Shown here in pieces: positions 48,699-58,022 of a stretch of DNA of 64,000 nucleotides. The stretch is from an uncultured Actinomycetes bacterium (GTDB lineage: Bacteria; Actinomycetota; Thermoleophilia; UBA2241): the NCBI GenBank assembly GCA_963709345.1, contig CAVPVX010000007.1:480001-544000 (forward strand). Direction: 5' to 3'. A model generated the notes under the pieces. That model was not told where the DNA came from. It did no database searches and worked only from the letters and a program-made list of their open reading frames with translations. Both the position numbers and the translations under genes were made by a program. The first letter of the stretch is position 1, and each line of letters opens with the position of its first letter.

Positions 48699-50090
48699 AT
48701 GCACCACGGCACAGTCCGACAGGGGGCCGACGGCGCCGCGCGCGCCGACCTCAGCGCATGCCTCGCCGCGATCCGGGAGGCGCTCACCGACCTGCTCGAG
48801 GCTCAAGGCGTCCACAGCGTGCCCGAAGCCTCCTGCCCGCCGGAGGCGCAGCCGCTGGTACGCACCGTCAACCGGATGATGCGCCAGATCAAGGAGGTCG
48901 CGGCCTTCGTGAAGCCGCTCGCCGCCGGAGATCTGACGGCGCCGCGGCCTTCCCCGGACAATCTCATGGCGGCTCCGCTCGTCGAGATGCACGAGCGCCT
49001 CAGCCGCCTCACCAGGCAGACGCAGGCGATCGCCCACGGTGACTACAGCCAGCGCATCGACTTCATGGGCGAGTTCTCCGCGGCGTTCAATTCCATGGTC
49101 GCGCTGCTGGAAGGACGCGAGCAGAGCCTCAAGGAGGAGATTGCGCGGCGGCGAGAAGCCGAGGCCGACCTGGAGCGCGAGCGCGACCTCCTGGTGTCCG
49201 GTCCGGTGGTCACGTTTCGCTGGGGCATCGACGACGACGGCGCCGTCGAGTACGTGTCGCCGAACATATCCGAGTACGGCTTCAGCGCGGAGGAGTTCAC
49301 AAGTGGCCGTCGCACGTATTCGAGCCTCATCGACCCCGACGACTACGACTGGGTGGTGGAGGACGGCAACGACAAGTCGCGCACGGGGCTGGACGGCTGG
49401 ACGCAGGAGTACCGGCTGAGGGACGCGGCCGGCGTCACGCGCTGGATCCGTGACTTCACCCACGCGGTGCGAGGGCCCGACGGCGAAGTGACCGCCTACG
49501 AGGGCTACATCATCGACATCACCGCGCAGAAGGAGACGGAGCGAGCTCTGCGCCAGCGCGAGGAGCAGCTGCGCATGCTCTCGCTGACCGACGACCTCAC
49601 CGGCCTGTACAACCGTCGCGGGCTCTACGCCATCGGAGAGTACGTCATGCGCGCCGCGCGCCGTAGCGGCACGGGTCTCGGGGTGATCTACGTCGACGTC
49701 GCCGGCCTCAAGGACATCAATGACCGCTTCGGTCACAGCGAGGGCGACAAGACCCTGTGCTCCCTGGCCGGCATCATCCGCGGCACGGTCCGCGAGTCGG
49801 ACGTGGCCGGCCGCGTCGGCGGTGACGAGTTCGTCATCCTCGCCGCCGACGGCCCGGCGATCATCGGCGACCTCGTGCGGCGCCTTGAGCGGCGGGTGGC
49901 GGCGCACAACAAGACGAGCGCACGCTCGTTCCGCCTCGCCGTCGGCAGCGGCGCCGCCGCATGGTACGGCGACGAACAGGTGACGCTGCAGCAACTCATC
50001 GAGCGCGCCGACACAGACCGGCACGACACCGGGCGCGCGACAGAGGACCCGGCCACCGACCTGAGCGTCCGAACGAGGGGGAGACGATGA
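48699..50090 (+). CDS. HAMP-PAS-GGDEF diguanylate cyclase
   Basis: GDYSQRIDFMGEFS, PAS/PAC, DDLTGLYNRRG, INDRFGHSEGD, RESD I-site, GGDEF. Confidence 0.9.
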   Translation: MHHGTVRQGADGAARADLSACLAAIREALTDLLEAQGVHSVPEASCPPEAQPLVRTVNRMMRQIKEVAAFVKPLAAGDLTAPRPSPDNLMAAPLVEMHERLSRLTRQTQAIAHGDYSQRIDFMGEFSAAFNSMVALLEGREQSLKEEIARRREAEADLERERDLLVSGPVVTFRWGIDDDGAVEYVSPNISEYGFSAEEFTSGRRTYSSLIDPDDYDWVVEDGNDKSRTGLDGWTQEYRLRDAAGVTRWIRDFTHAVRGPDGEVTAYEGYIIDITAQKETERALRQREEQLRMLSLTDDLTGLYNRRGLYAIGEYVMRAARRSGTGLGVIYVDVAGLKDINDRFGHSEGDKTLCSLAGIIRGTVRESDVAGRVGGDEFVILAADGPAIIGDLVRRLERRVAAHNKTSARSFRLAVGSGAAAWYGDEQVTLQQLIERADTDRHDTGRATEDPATDLSVRTRGRR

Positions 50091-51712
50091 CCAACGCGAT
50101 GCCGGCGCCCGAGGCGGCGGCTGCGAGCGTCGGGGTGAGGCCGCGCAACGCCGAACGACAGTGGTCGCCACGGGTGAGTGCGGCGATGCTCGCTCGCCTG
50201 GCGGCGCGGGCGGCCGTCCCCGGAGGTGGATCCCGCACGACGATCGAGGCGCCGTTCACCGGCGAGACGCTCGGCGAAGTGCCGCAAGGCGCGCCGGCCG
50301 ATGTCGCCGCCGCCTGCGCGGCTGCGCGTGAGGCGCAGACGGCGTGGGCGCGGCGACCGATCGCCGAGCGCGCCGCCGTACTCCTGCGCTACCACGATCT
50401 CGTGATCGCCAACGCGCAGGAGATCCTCGACCTGATCCAGGTCGAGAGCGGCAAGGCGCGGATCCACGCCTTCGAGGAGGTCCTCGACGTCGCCATCCAG
50501 GCGCGCTACTACGCGCACGCCGGGCCGGGCTTCCTCCGCGAGCAGCGCCGGCAGGGCGCGCTGCCCGTGCTCACGCAGACACGCGTCCACCACCGGCCGC
50601 GCGGGGTCATCGGCATCATCGCCCCCTGGAACTACCCGTTCACCCTGGCCATCGGCGACGCCCTCCCGGCGCTGCTCGCCGGCAACGGGGTCGTCCTCAA
50701 GCCGGACGCGCAGACGCCGTTCACGGCGCTCTGGGCGGCCGGGCTACTCGAAGAGGCGGGGCTGCCCGCCGGCCTCCTCCAGGTGGTCACCGGACGCGGC
50801 GCCGAGCTCGGCGAGCCGCTCATCGACGGCGCCGACTACCTCATGTTCACCGGCTCGACCGCCACCGGCCGCACGGTCGCGGCGCAGTGCGGCGAGCGTC
50901 TGAAGAGCTGCGCCATGGAGCTCGGCGGCAAGAACGCGCTGCTCGTGCTGCCCGACGCCCCACTGTCGCGCGCCGTACCCGGCGCGGTCCAGGGGATCAC
51001 CTCCAACAGCGGCCAGCTCTGCATCAGCATCGAGCGCGTCTACGTCCACGACGCGGTGTACGACACCTTCGTGCCGCGCCTCACCGAGGCCTTGAAGGCC
51101 GTGCGGGTCGGCGCGAGCCTGACCTTCGCCGACGACATGGGCTCACTGGTGAGCGCCGGCCAGTTCGCGAAGGTCACGGGGCACGTCGACGACGCCGTCG
51201 CCGCCGGAGCCGAGGTGCTCGCCGGCGGCAGAGCTCGCACCGACCTCGGCCCCTACTTCTACGAGCCGACGCTGCTCGGCGGCGTCACCGACGAGATGGA
51301 ACTCTGCCGTACCGAGACCTTCGGCCCCGTGGCCGCCGTCTACCGCTGCGCCTCCGTCGACGAGATGGTCGAGCGCGCGAACGACAGCGACTACGGGCTC
51401 AACGCGAGCGTCTGGACGCGCGACGCGACGGCCGGCCGCAGGGTCGCGACCCGTATCGAGACCGGCACCGTCAACGTGAACGAAGCCTACGCCGCGACCT
51501 GGGCGTCGGCCGCCCCGATGGGCGGCTGGAAGCAGTCCGGGCTGGGGCGCCGGCACGGGCGCCACGGCATGGTGAAATACACGCAGACGCAGACCGTGTC
51601 GGTGCAGCGGGTGCTGAGTATCGGCACGCCGCCGTTCCTGGACCACGGCCGGTATGCGGCGGTCATGACCGCCGCCGTCCGGCTGCTCAAGCACGTGCCC
51701 GGCATCAAGTGA
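50087..51712 (+). CDS. Aldehyde dehydrogenase (succinate-semialdehyde dehydrogenase, GabD2-like)
   Basis: IAPWNYP, FTGSTATG, MELGGKN, SGQLCISIER, ETFGP, GGWKQSG. Confidence 0.92.
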   Translation: MTNAMPAPEAAAASVGVRPRNAERQWSPRVSAAMLARLAARAAVPGGGSRTTIEAPFTGETLGEVPQGAPADVAAACAAAREAQTAWARRPIAERAAVLLRYHDLVIANAQEILDLIQVESGKARIHAFEEVLDVAIQARYYAHAGPGFLREQRRQGALPVLTQTRVHHRPRGVIGIIAPWNYPFTLAIGDALPALLAGNGVVLKPDAQTPFTALWAAGLLEEAGLPAGLLQVVTGRGAELGEPLIDGADYLMFTGSTATGRTVAAQCGERLKSCAMELGGKNALLVLPDAPLSRAVPGAVQGITSNSGQLCISIERVYVHDAVYDTFVPRLTEALKAVRVGASLTFADDMGSLVSAGQFAKVTGHVDDAVAAGAEVLAGGRARTDLGPYFYEPTLLGGVTDEMELCRTETFGPVAAVYRCASVDEMVERANDSDYGLNASVWTRDATAGRRVATRIETGTVNVNEAYAATWASAAPMGGWKQSGLGRRHGRHGMVKYTQTQTVSVQRVLSIGTPPFLDHGRYAAVMTAAVRLLKHVPGIK

Positions 51713-51731
51713 GCGCGCAAGGAGACGACCA

Positions 51732-52583
51732 GTGACCGCGATCCACAACAAGCACGTGCTCGTCACCGGCGGCGCGTCCGGCATCGGGCGGCTGCTCGCG
51801 CTGCGCTGCGCCGAGCTGGGAGCCACAGTCACGATCTGGGACCTGGACGCCGCCGGCGCCGAAGCGGCGGCCGCCGAGGCGGCCGCCCGGGGCGCCGCCG
51901 GCGCACACGCCTTCGCCTGCGACGTGAGCGACCGCGAGCGGGTCTACGCGCGCGCCGCGGAGGTGCGGGCGGCGGCGGGCGACGTCGACGTGCTCGTGAA
52001 CAACGCCGGCATCGTCAGCGGGCAGCCGCTGCTCGAGCTGCCCGACGAGAAGATCGAGCGCACCTTCGCCGTCAACACACTGGCCCTCTACTGGACGACC
52101 AAGGCGTTCCTGCCGGCGATGATGCAACGCGGCAGCGGCCACCTCGTGACCGTGGCCTCGGCCGCAGGCCTCATCGGCTCGCCGCGAGAGACCGACTACG
52201 CGGCCAGCAAGTTCGCCGCCGTGGGCTTCAATGAGGCGCTACGGCAGGAACTGCGACGCAGCGCCCCCGGCGTGCGCACGACGGTCGTCTGCCCCTTCTA
52301 CGTCGACACCGGCATGTTCGCCGGCGTCAAGACGCGCTTTCCGCTGTTGCTGCCGATCCTCAAGGAGGACGCCGTGGCCGGGGCCATCCTGGGCGCCATC
52401 CAGCGCGACCGCCCGGTGCTGGAGATGCCGTTCATGGTCCGCACCCTGCCGGCCATGCGCCTGCTGCCGGTGTGGGCCTTCGACAGGCTCGCCGACTTCT
52501 TCGGCGTGAGCGGGGCGATGGACGGGTTCACGGGGCGCGCCCCCAAGGGCGCGGACGAACGGGAGGCTCCGCCTACAGCCTGA
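51732..52583 (+). CDS. Short-chain dehydrogenase/reductase
   Basis: TGGASGIG, VNNAGI, ASAAG, YAASK. Confidence 0.93.
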   Translation: MTAIHNKHVLVTGGASGIGRLLALRCAELGATVTIWDLDAAGAEAAAAEAAARGAAGAHAFACDVSDRERVYARAAEVRAAAGDVDVLVNNAGIVSGQPLLELPDEKIERTFAVNTLALYWTTKAFLPAMMQRGSGHLVTVASAAGLIGSPRETDYAASKFAAVGFNEALRQELRRSAPGVRTTVVCPFYVDTGMFAGVKTRFPLLLPILKEDAVAGAILGAIQRDRPVLEMPFMVRTLPAMRLLPVWAFDRLADFFGVSGAMDGFTGRAPKGADEREAPPTA

Positions 52584-53277
52584 ACTCGTGCCGGCAGAAG
52601 TCGTCGCCCTCGATGAGGGTGTGCGTCTGCCGGTGCGCGGAAGGATCGACGCCGAGCAGGCCGCAGAACACACCCTTGTCGAAGCCGCAGACGATGCCGG
52701 GATACTCGTGCGCGAGTTCCCGGTACACGCAGTTGTGGACCTCGAACACGGTCGCGTCGCCGGAGTCGGCGTCCAGCTTCGCGCCGTAGCCGGCCGCATC
52801 CATCCAATCCAGGACGGCGGGCGGGGACAGCCTGACCGGCGACTGCACGCCGTCGTCGGCGATCCCGGCTGCGGTCTCCTCGCCATAGGCGAGACCGAAG
52901 GCCAGCGCCGCGGCGGCCGCGGCTTCGGCGTCGAGTGATGAGTCGAGAACGCGCAGGAGCAGGCGCGCGAGTCGCTCGTAGCGGCGCGGAGGCAGCATGA
53001 CCTCCAGCCGCGCCTCAGTCAGAGCGTACGTCTTGGCCGGGCGCCCGCCTCCGGCGCGCCGACGCAAGGCCGTCTCGACGAGACCCATCTCCGTGAGCTT
53101 CTCGAGGTGCGCGCGGGCGACCGTGCGGTGCAGCCCGAAGACGCCCGCGACCTCGCTCGCGGACTGCGGATCGTCACACTCTCGAAGGTGCCGGTGGATG
53201 CCGCGGCGGGTGGGGTCGCCGAAGACGTCGGCAAGACGGCCGAGGTAGACGCCGTCCTTGTCGTACGAAGTCTCCAT
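52573..53277 (-). CDS. ArsR-like HTH regulator with Cys-containing C-terminal domain (COG2345/SufR-like)
   Basis: HTH LHRTVARAHLEKL, GGRPAKTY, HNCVY..IVCG..FC. Confidence 0.82.
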   Translation of the reverse strand: METSYDKDGVYLGRLADVFGDPTRRGIHRHLRECDDPQSASEVAGVFGLHRTVARAHLEKLTEMGLVETALRRRAGGGRPAKTYALTEARLEVMLPPRRYERLARLLLRVLDSSLDAEAAAAAALAFGLAYGEETAAGIADDGVQSPVRLSPPAVLDWMDAAGYGAKLDADSGDATVFEVHNCVYRELAHEYPGIVCGFDKGVFCGLLGVDPSAHRQTHTLIEGDDFCRHEFRL

Positions 53278-53472
53278 CTCACGGACTCTATCGCAGGACG
53301 GGTTGTCCACCAAGGCTTGTGATGCTCAGTAAGCACAAATCGCTCCGCCGCGCGGAGCCATCGGATCCAATCGCCTCCCCGGCCCACTCCACCGGCGCGG
53401 GCTTCGCGGTCGGCCGCGCGGGGGAAGGTGACTGTGACCGGCCGTCACCAGGCCGCCGGAGAAGGGAGTGTC

Positions 53473-53676
53473 ATGATCAAGGTCAAGACCTTTGCGACGC
53501 CGATCAAGATCTTCGCGACCATCAGAGAGCTTCAGGATCTCGACACGCAGCTCACCGCGTTCCTGAGCGAGGAGGGCGCGACGGAGGTGTTCTCCATCAG
53601 CGACTCGACGACCGCCGGCGAGAACGGCGAGACGATCGGCCTCGTCCGCGCCGTCGCCTACCGGACGCCGGACTGA
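53473..53676 (+). CDS. 67-aa hypothetical protein
   Basis: GGGAG RBS, strongly GC-biased third positions, followed by a hairpin. Confidence 0.7.
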   Translation: MIKVKTFATPIKIFATIRELQDLDTQLTAFLSEEGATEVFSISDSTTAGENGETIGLVRAVAYRTPD

Positions 53677-53689
53677 AGGGGAGCCCGCG

Positions 53690-53718
53690 GCGGCGGCGCA
53701 TCCTGGCAGCGCCGCCGC
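53690..53718 (+). terminator. Hairpin after the small gene
   Basis: GCGGCGGCGC-9nt-GCGCCGCCGC. Confidence 0.45.
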
Positions 53719-53860
53719 CCGTCCCTGCGGCGCCGCCGTTGAGGGCCCGCCCTGAGGCGTGGTACTCTCCTGCCGCCCGTCGCTTGCGGCGGTCACTTGT
53801 GTGCCGAGTGGCTCCCGCGGCGGCGCCCTGTCCACCATCCGGAGAGGCCGGCGCATCGAC

Positions 53861-54755
53861 ATGGACAACGAGACGACCCACCGCGAGCGAGCCGAGAGAG
53901 GCCCGCTCCCCGCCGAGGCGCGCGCCGCCAACCTTCAGCTCTGGAACCACTGGACGAACGTCCATGCGCGGAGCGCGTACTACGACGTCGACGGGTTCAA
54001 GGCCGGCAAGACCTCGCTGTGGCCGCTGGAGCTCGCAGAGCTCGGCCCGCTGATCCGGGAAGGCACGACGCTCCTGCACCTGCAGTGCCACTTCGGCCTC
54101 GACACACTCAGCTGGGCGCGGATGGGCGCCGAGGTCGTCGGGCTCGACCTCAGCGACGAGGCGATCGAGTTGGCGCGGCGCCTGGCCGCCGACACCGGGC
54201 TCTCCGGCCGCGCCGATTTCGTCTGCTCCGACGTATACGATGCCGGCGCCCACCTCGGCGAGCGCCTCTTCGATATCGTCTTCGTCAGCTGGGGGGCGCT
54301 CGAGTGGCTCCCCGACCTCGAGCGCTGGGCCGCCGTCGTCGCCCGCCACCTCCGCCCCGGCGGCGTCTTCTACCTGGCCGAGATCCACCCGTTCGCCTAC
54401 GGCCTCGAAGAAGTCGCCGGCGAGCACGACGTCCGCGTCGCCTACCCGCTTCTGCCGGCGCCCGAGCGCCCTGCCGTCGAGCCCGTCGAGGGCAGCTACG
54501 CCGACCCCGATGCCGACACGACCGGCCTCGTCTCGTACGGCTGGGCACACAGCTTCGCCGAGATCATCGCGGCCCTCACCGGCGCCGGTCTCCGGCTCGA
54601 CCACCTGCATGAGTTCCCCTGCTCCCCTGCTCCCATTCTGGGACTGGATGGTCCAGGATGACGACCGCTGGTGGTGGCTCCCGGACGGCGACGGCGGCCA
54701 CCGCCGCGACCTGCCCTTCAGCTACTCGCTGCGCGCCACGCGCCAGGCGACCTGA
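53861..54755 (+). CDS. Class I SAM-dependent methyltransferase (frameshift near 54630)
   Basis: LLHLQCHFGLDTLSWAR, GLDLS, GALEWLPDL, LRPGG; C-terminus LPFSYSLRA in the adjacent frame. Confidence 0.88.
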
Positions 54756-54767
54756 CGAGGGGCGGCC

Positions 54768-55601
54768 ATGCTCGACAACTACCTCAAAGCCAATCTCGCC
54801 AGCTGGGATGAGGCCGTAGCCCTGCACGTCGGCTCGGAGCTTTACGACGTGGCCGGGTTCAAGGCGGGCGCCACGTCGCTCGGCCCCATCGAACTCGAAG
54901 AGCTCGGGCCGCTGGTCGGCGAGGGCACCACGCTGCTGCACCTGCAGTGCCACTTCGGGCTCGATACGCTGAGCTGGGCGCGGCAGGGCGCCGATGTGAC
55001 CGGCGTCGACTTCTCCGGCGAAGGCATCGCGACGGCGCGCTCCCTGGCCGACGAAGTCGGCCTCTCCCAGCGCGCGACCTTCATCCAGAGCGACGTCGAA
55101 GGGCTGCCGGACAGGCTGTCCGGCGAGTTCGACGTCGTGTTCAGCTCCTGGGGAGCCCTCATCTGGCTGGGCGACCTGGAGCGCTGGGCGCAGGTGGTCG
55201 CCCGCTTCCTCAAGCCGGGCGGGACCTTCTATATCGCCGAGTTCCACCCCTATGCGTTCCTCATCGCCGACGACGCCACGCCGGAGGCCATGCGCGTGGG
55301 CTATCCCTACTTCCAGCACGGGACCCCCCAGCGCTTCGACGAGCCCGGCGACTACGCCGACCCCGATGCCTCGCAGCGCAACACCGTGACGTTCGAGTGG
55401 AATCACGGCTTCGGCGAGATCATCGACTCACTGCTGCAAAGCGGCCTGAGCCTGGACTTCCTGCACGAGTTCCCGTACACGGTCCCCGGCCTGCCCTTCG
55501 ACTTCCTCGAGATCTGCGAGGACGGGCTGCAGCGCGTCAAGGGGCGCCACGACGACTTCCCGCTCACCTTCTCGCTGAGGATGACGAAGAGCGCACGCTG
55601 A
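54768..55601 (+). CDS. Class I SAM-dependent methyltransferase, paralog of the preceding gene
   Basis: LLHLQCHFGLDTLSWAR, GVDFS, GALIWLGDL, LKPGG, FPLTFSL. Confidence 0.92.
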   Translation: MLDNYLKANLASWDEAVALHVGSELYDVAGFKAGATSLGPIELEELGPLVGEGTTLLHLQCHFGLDTLSWARQGADVTGVDFSGEGIATARSLADEVGLSQRATFIQSDVEGLPDRLSGEFDVVFSSWGALIWLGDLERWAQVVARFLKPGGTFYIAEFHPYAFLIADDATPEAMRVGYPYFQHGTPQRFDEPGDYADPDASQRNTVTFEWNHGFGEIIDSLLQSGLSLDFLHEFPYTVPGLPFDFLEICEDGLQRVKGRHDDFPLTFSLRMTKSAR

Positions 55602-55686
55602 GCGGCTTTGGACCGGCGCCTGAGGACCGCCACTGTGGAGCCGCGGCGCCGCAACATTTCTTCACACGCGGACGATCCGGTGAGCC

Positions 55687-55715
55687 TTGACCAGAATCCT
55701 GGTCGAGCGTATTCT
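55687..55715 (+). promoter_or_regulatory. Sigma70-type promoter with overlapping palindrome and no downstream + strand ORF
   Basis: TTGACC, 17-nt spacer, TATTCT; GACCAG-aatc-CTGGTC inverted repeat at 55689-55704. Confidence 0.7.
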
Positions 55716-55720
55716 TTTGG

Positions 55721-55842
55721 TGCGCCTTCACAATCAAAACCTGAGAAGGCGCGTCCCGTCAGGGGGACAAGACCGGTGCTGGCCCACCCGCACCGAAGCC
55801 CCTCGAAGGCGGCGCCTCCCCTCCAGGCGCCGCCTTCATTTT
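55721..55842 (+). ncRNA. Putative ~120-nt structured small RNA, family not recognised
   Basis: Lies between the promoter and an intrinsic terminator; four consecutive hairpins; no RBS or credible ORF; the next gene is convergent. Confidence 0.6.
55805..55842 (+). terminator. Intrinsic terminator
   Basis: GAAGGCGGCGCCT-cccctcc-AGGCGCCGCCTTC 13-bp stem followed by ATTTT. Confidence 0.8.
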
Positions 55843-55911
55843 GGGGGACCGTCCACACCTCGCGCCGCACCGCCCCGAGGGCGAGCGGCAGGCGGACGAC
55901 CGCACGCCGCT

Positions 55912-56751
55912 TCAGGCACCGGCGTGCGCCTGCGCGGCGAGCGCCTCGAGAAACGCCGGGAGGCCGGCGCGCGGCACCACGAGATCGGCGGCTGCGCGTA
56001 CCGGCGCGGCGGCCTCGGCCACCGCCACGCCCAGCCCGGCCCAGCGGAGCATCTCGACGTCGTTCATACCGTCGCCCAGTGCGACGACCCGCTCGCGGCG
56101 CAGACCGAGACGGCCGCGGACCCACTCGAGGGCGACGCTCTTGCGCACCGACGCGTCGGCGAACTCGATGTACTCCGCCTGCGAACGGGTCACATACATG
56201 CGGTCGTCCCAGCACGCGTGCAGCTCCGGCGCCAGGCGCTCGACATCGTCGGCGGCGGCGACGAGGACGAGCTTCGTCGGCGGCCTGGCCGCGACCTCCG
56301 CCGCGAGGTCGGGGACCCTGTGGATGCTCACCTCGACGTGCTCGGCGTACCGGCGCGCCCACTCGTTCACCCGCTCGACGTACAGGCGATCGTCGATGTA
56401 GGCGTTGAGGTGCCGGCCGAGACCGGCCACGTGGCGCACCACCTCCGCGGCGAGCTCGCCGTCCATACGCACGTGACGCAGTTCCTCGCCCGAGGCGAGA
56501 TCCGCCACCACGGCCCCCTGATAGCACACGATGAGTCCCTCGTCGACGCCCAGCCGCGCCGCGACCAGCCGCGCGCTGCGGAACATGCGGCCGGTGCAGA
56601 TGACGGTCGGCACCCCGGCCGCGCGAAGCCGCGCCAGCGCCTCGGGGATCCCCGGCGTTATGCGGTGCCCGAAGTCGAGGAGTGTGCCGTCGAGGTCGGC
56701 GGCAACGAGATCGGCGCGAAACCCCGCGGGCGGAAACGGCTCAGCGGTCAA
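55912..56751 (-). CDS. Cof-type HAD-IIB hydrolase (start uncertain, 56751 or 56796)
   Basis: ADLDGTLL, CTGR, YQGA, K, GDGMNDVEML. Confidence 0.9.
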   Translation of the reverse strand: MTAEPFPPAGFRADLVAADLDGTLLDFGHRITPGIPEALARLRAAGVPTVICTGRMFRSARLVAARLGVDEGLIVCYQGAVVADLASGEELRHVRMDGELAAEVVRHVAGLGRHLNAYIDDRLYVERVNEWARRYAEHVEVSIHRVPDLAAEVAARPPTKLVLVAAADDVERLAPELHACWDDRMYVTRSQAEYIEFADASVRKSVALEWVRGRLGLRRERVVALGDGMNDVEMLRWAGLGVAVAEAAAPVRAAADLVVPRAGLPAFLEALAAQAHAGA

Positions 56752-56880
56752 CGATTGCCGACCGCCGCGTTCTGGGTACAGTGAAGGTGTATCCATCGAT
56801 ACGAGGAGAAGCACAGACCCCGGCGCCCACGGGGCGGCTTCTCATGAAGGCCTGGCGATTCCCAGGCCTTCCTTCTGCCC

Positions 56881-57444
56881 TCACGAGCGCTTGCCGGTGG
56901 CGCGGCGCAGCGACGTGACGACGAGATCGAGACGGGCGAGGTCAACCCCGCCGAGACGGCGCAGGTCGTCGCGCAGCGTCGCGAACGCGCGCTCGCGAGC
57001 TCCGGCGACGTCGTCCGGCGGCACAGCGGCCTCGAAGCGCGCCCGCCACCCCGCCGGCTCGTGGCGCAGCGACACGCTGCTGACCCGTGAGCCGGGCACC
57101 ACACTCTGAAAGCGGCTCGCCATCCCTCGCTCGAGGCCCGCCACGCTGACCCGCGCCTGGGTATCGCCGTCGGAGAACGAGATCGTCTCGGATCCTTGCC
57201 GGCCGTCGCCGAGCTGGCGTACCGCCAGCACGATGAGGAAGACGGTGGCGGCGGCGAAGACGGCCGCCGCCACTCCGGTGGTGGCCCACGACGGGTCGTC
57301 GGTGAGCGCGGTCCACCAGCTTGACTCCGGCCACCGCAGTGTCCCGTCGGCAGCGAGCGACGCCTGGCGTACCAGCGCGGCGCCGGCCAGCACCAGACAG
57401 GCGATGCCGGCGATGACGGCCGCGACCCGGGCGAGCGCCGTCAC
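56881..57444 (-). CDS. AmaP-like membrane protein of the Asp23 operon
   Basis: GTG overlapping the upstream stop, two TMs then a soluble alpha/beta domain; last gene of the asp23 operon. Confidence 0.65.
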   Translation of the reverse strand: MTALARVAAVIAGIACLVLAGAALVRQASLAADGTLRWPESSWWTALTDDPSWATTGVAAAVFAAATVFLIVLAVRQLGDGRQGSETISFSDGDTQARVSVAGLERGMASRFQSVVPGSRVSSVSLRHEPAGWRARFEAAVPPDDVAGARERAFATLRDDLRRLGGVDLARLDLVVTSLRRATGKRS

Positions 57445-58022
57445 GGCAGGTACCTCCCCAGCTGTGACACCGTGAGCACGCGCACGCGTACGTCGACCCG
57501 GTCGATATCGCGTCCGGCGAGGCGCGCGAACCTCGCGCGCACGGCCGGCTCGACCGCCTCCTTGACGGTCGCGGCATCCGCGAGCGGTCGCGCCAGTACG
57601 TGGGCGCGGGCCCGCAGGGCCCCGCCGCGCCCGGTCAGCGAGACCTCGGCACGGACGACGTCGGGGTGGGAGGCGGTCGCGGCCGCGGCCGCCGGCTGCT
57701 CCAGGGCGGCGGCCGGGACGAGCGCCCCGCCGGTGGCGGAGGCCAGCCACAGCGTCTCCTCCCCGTGACGGAGCACGAGCCAGATCAGGACGGCGAGGAT
57801 CACCAGCGCCGCACCGAGGAGCCACGCCAGCACGACCGCGTCGTCCGAGAGGGACAGGTAGGCGAACGGCGAGAAGCCGCAGCCGAACGCCGCAGCCGTG
57901 AGGCGCGTGGCGAAGAGCATCGCCACGAGACCGCCGGCGAGGAGCAGGCAGAAGGCGGCGAGCCGGGTGGTGGCGCCCGCCGAGAGGCCGGCGGGCCGCC
58001 GCGCGTCAGTCGGCGGAGTCAG
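57441..58022 (-). CDS. AmaP-like membrane protein (possible CTG start at 58022; first ATG at 57926)
   Basis: Open frame extends upstream of the ATG through a hydrophobic helix to a CTG preceded by GGAGGAG. Confidence 0.65.
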   Translation of the reverse strand: MTPPTDARRPAGLSAGATTRLAAFCLLLAGGLVAMLFATRLTAAAFGCGFSPFAYLSLSDDAVVLAWLLGAALVILAVLIWLVLRHGEETLWLASATGGALVPAAALEQPAAAAATASHPDVVRAEVSLTGRGGALRARAHVLARPLADAATVKEAVEPAVRARFARLAGRDIDRVDVRVRVLTVSQLGRYLP

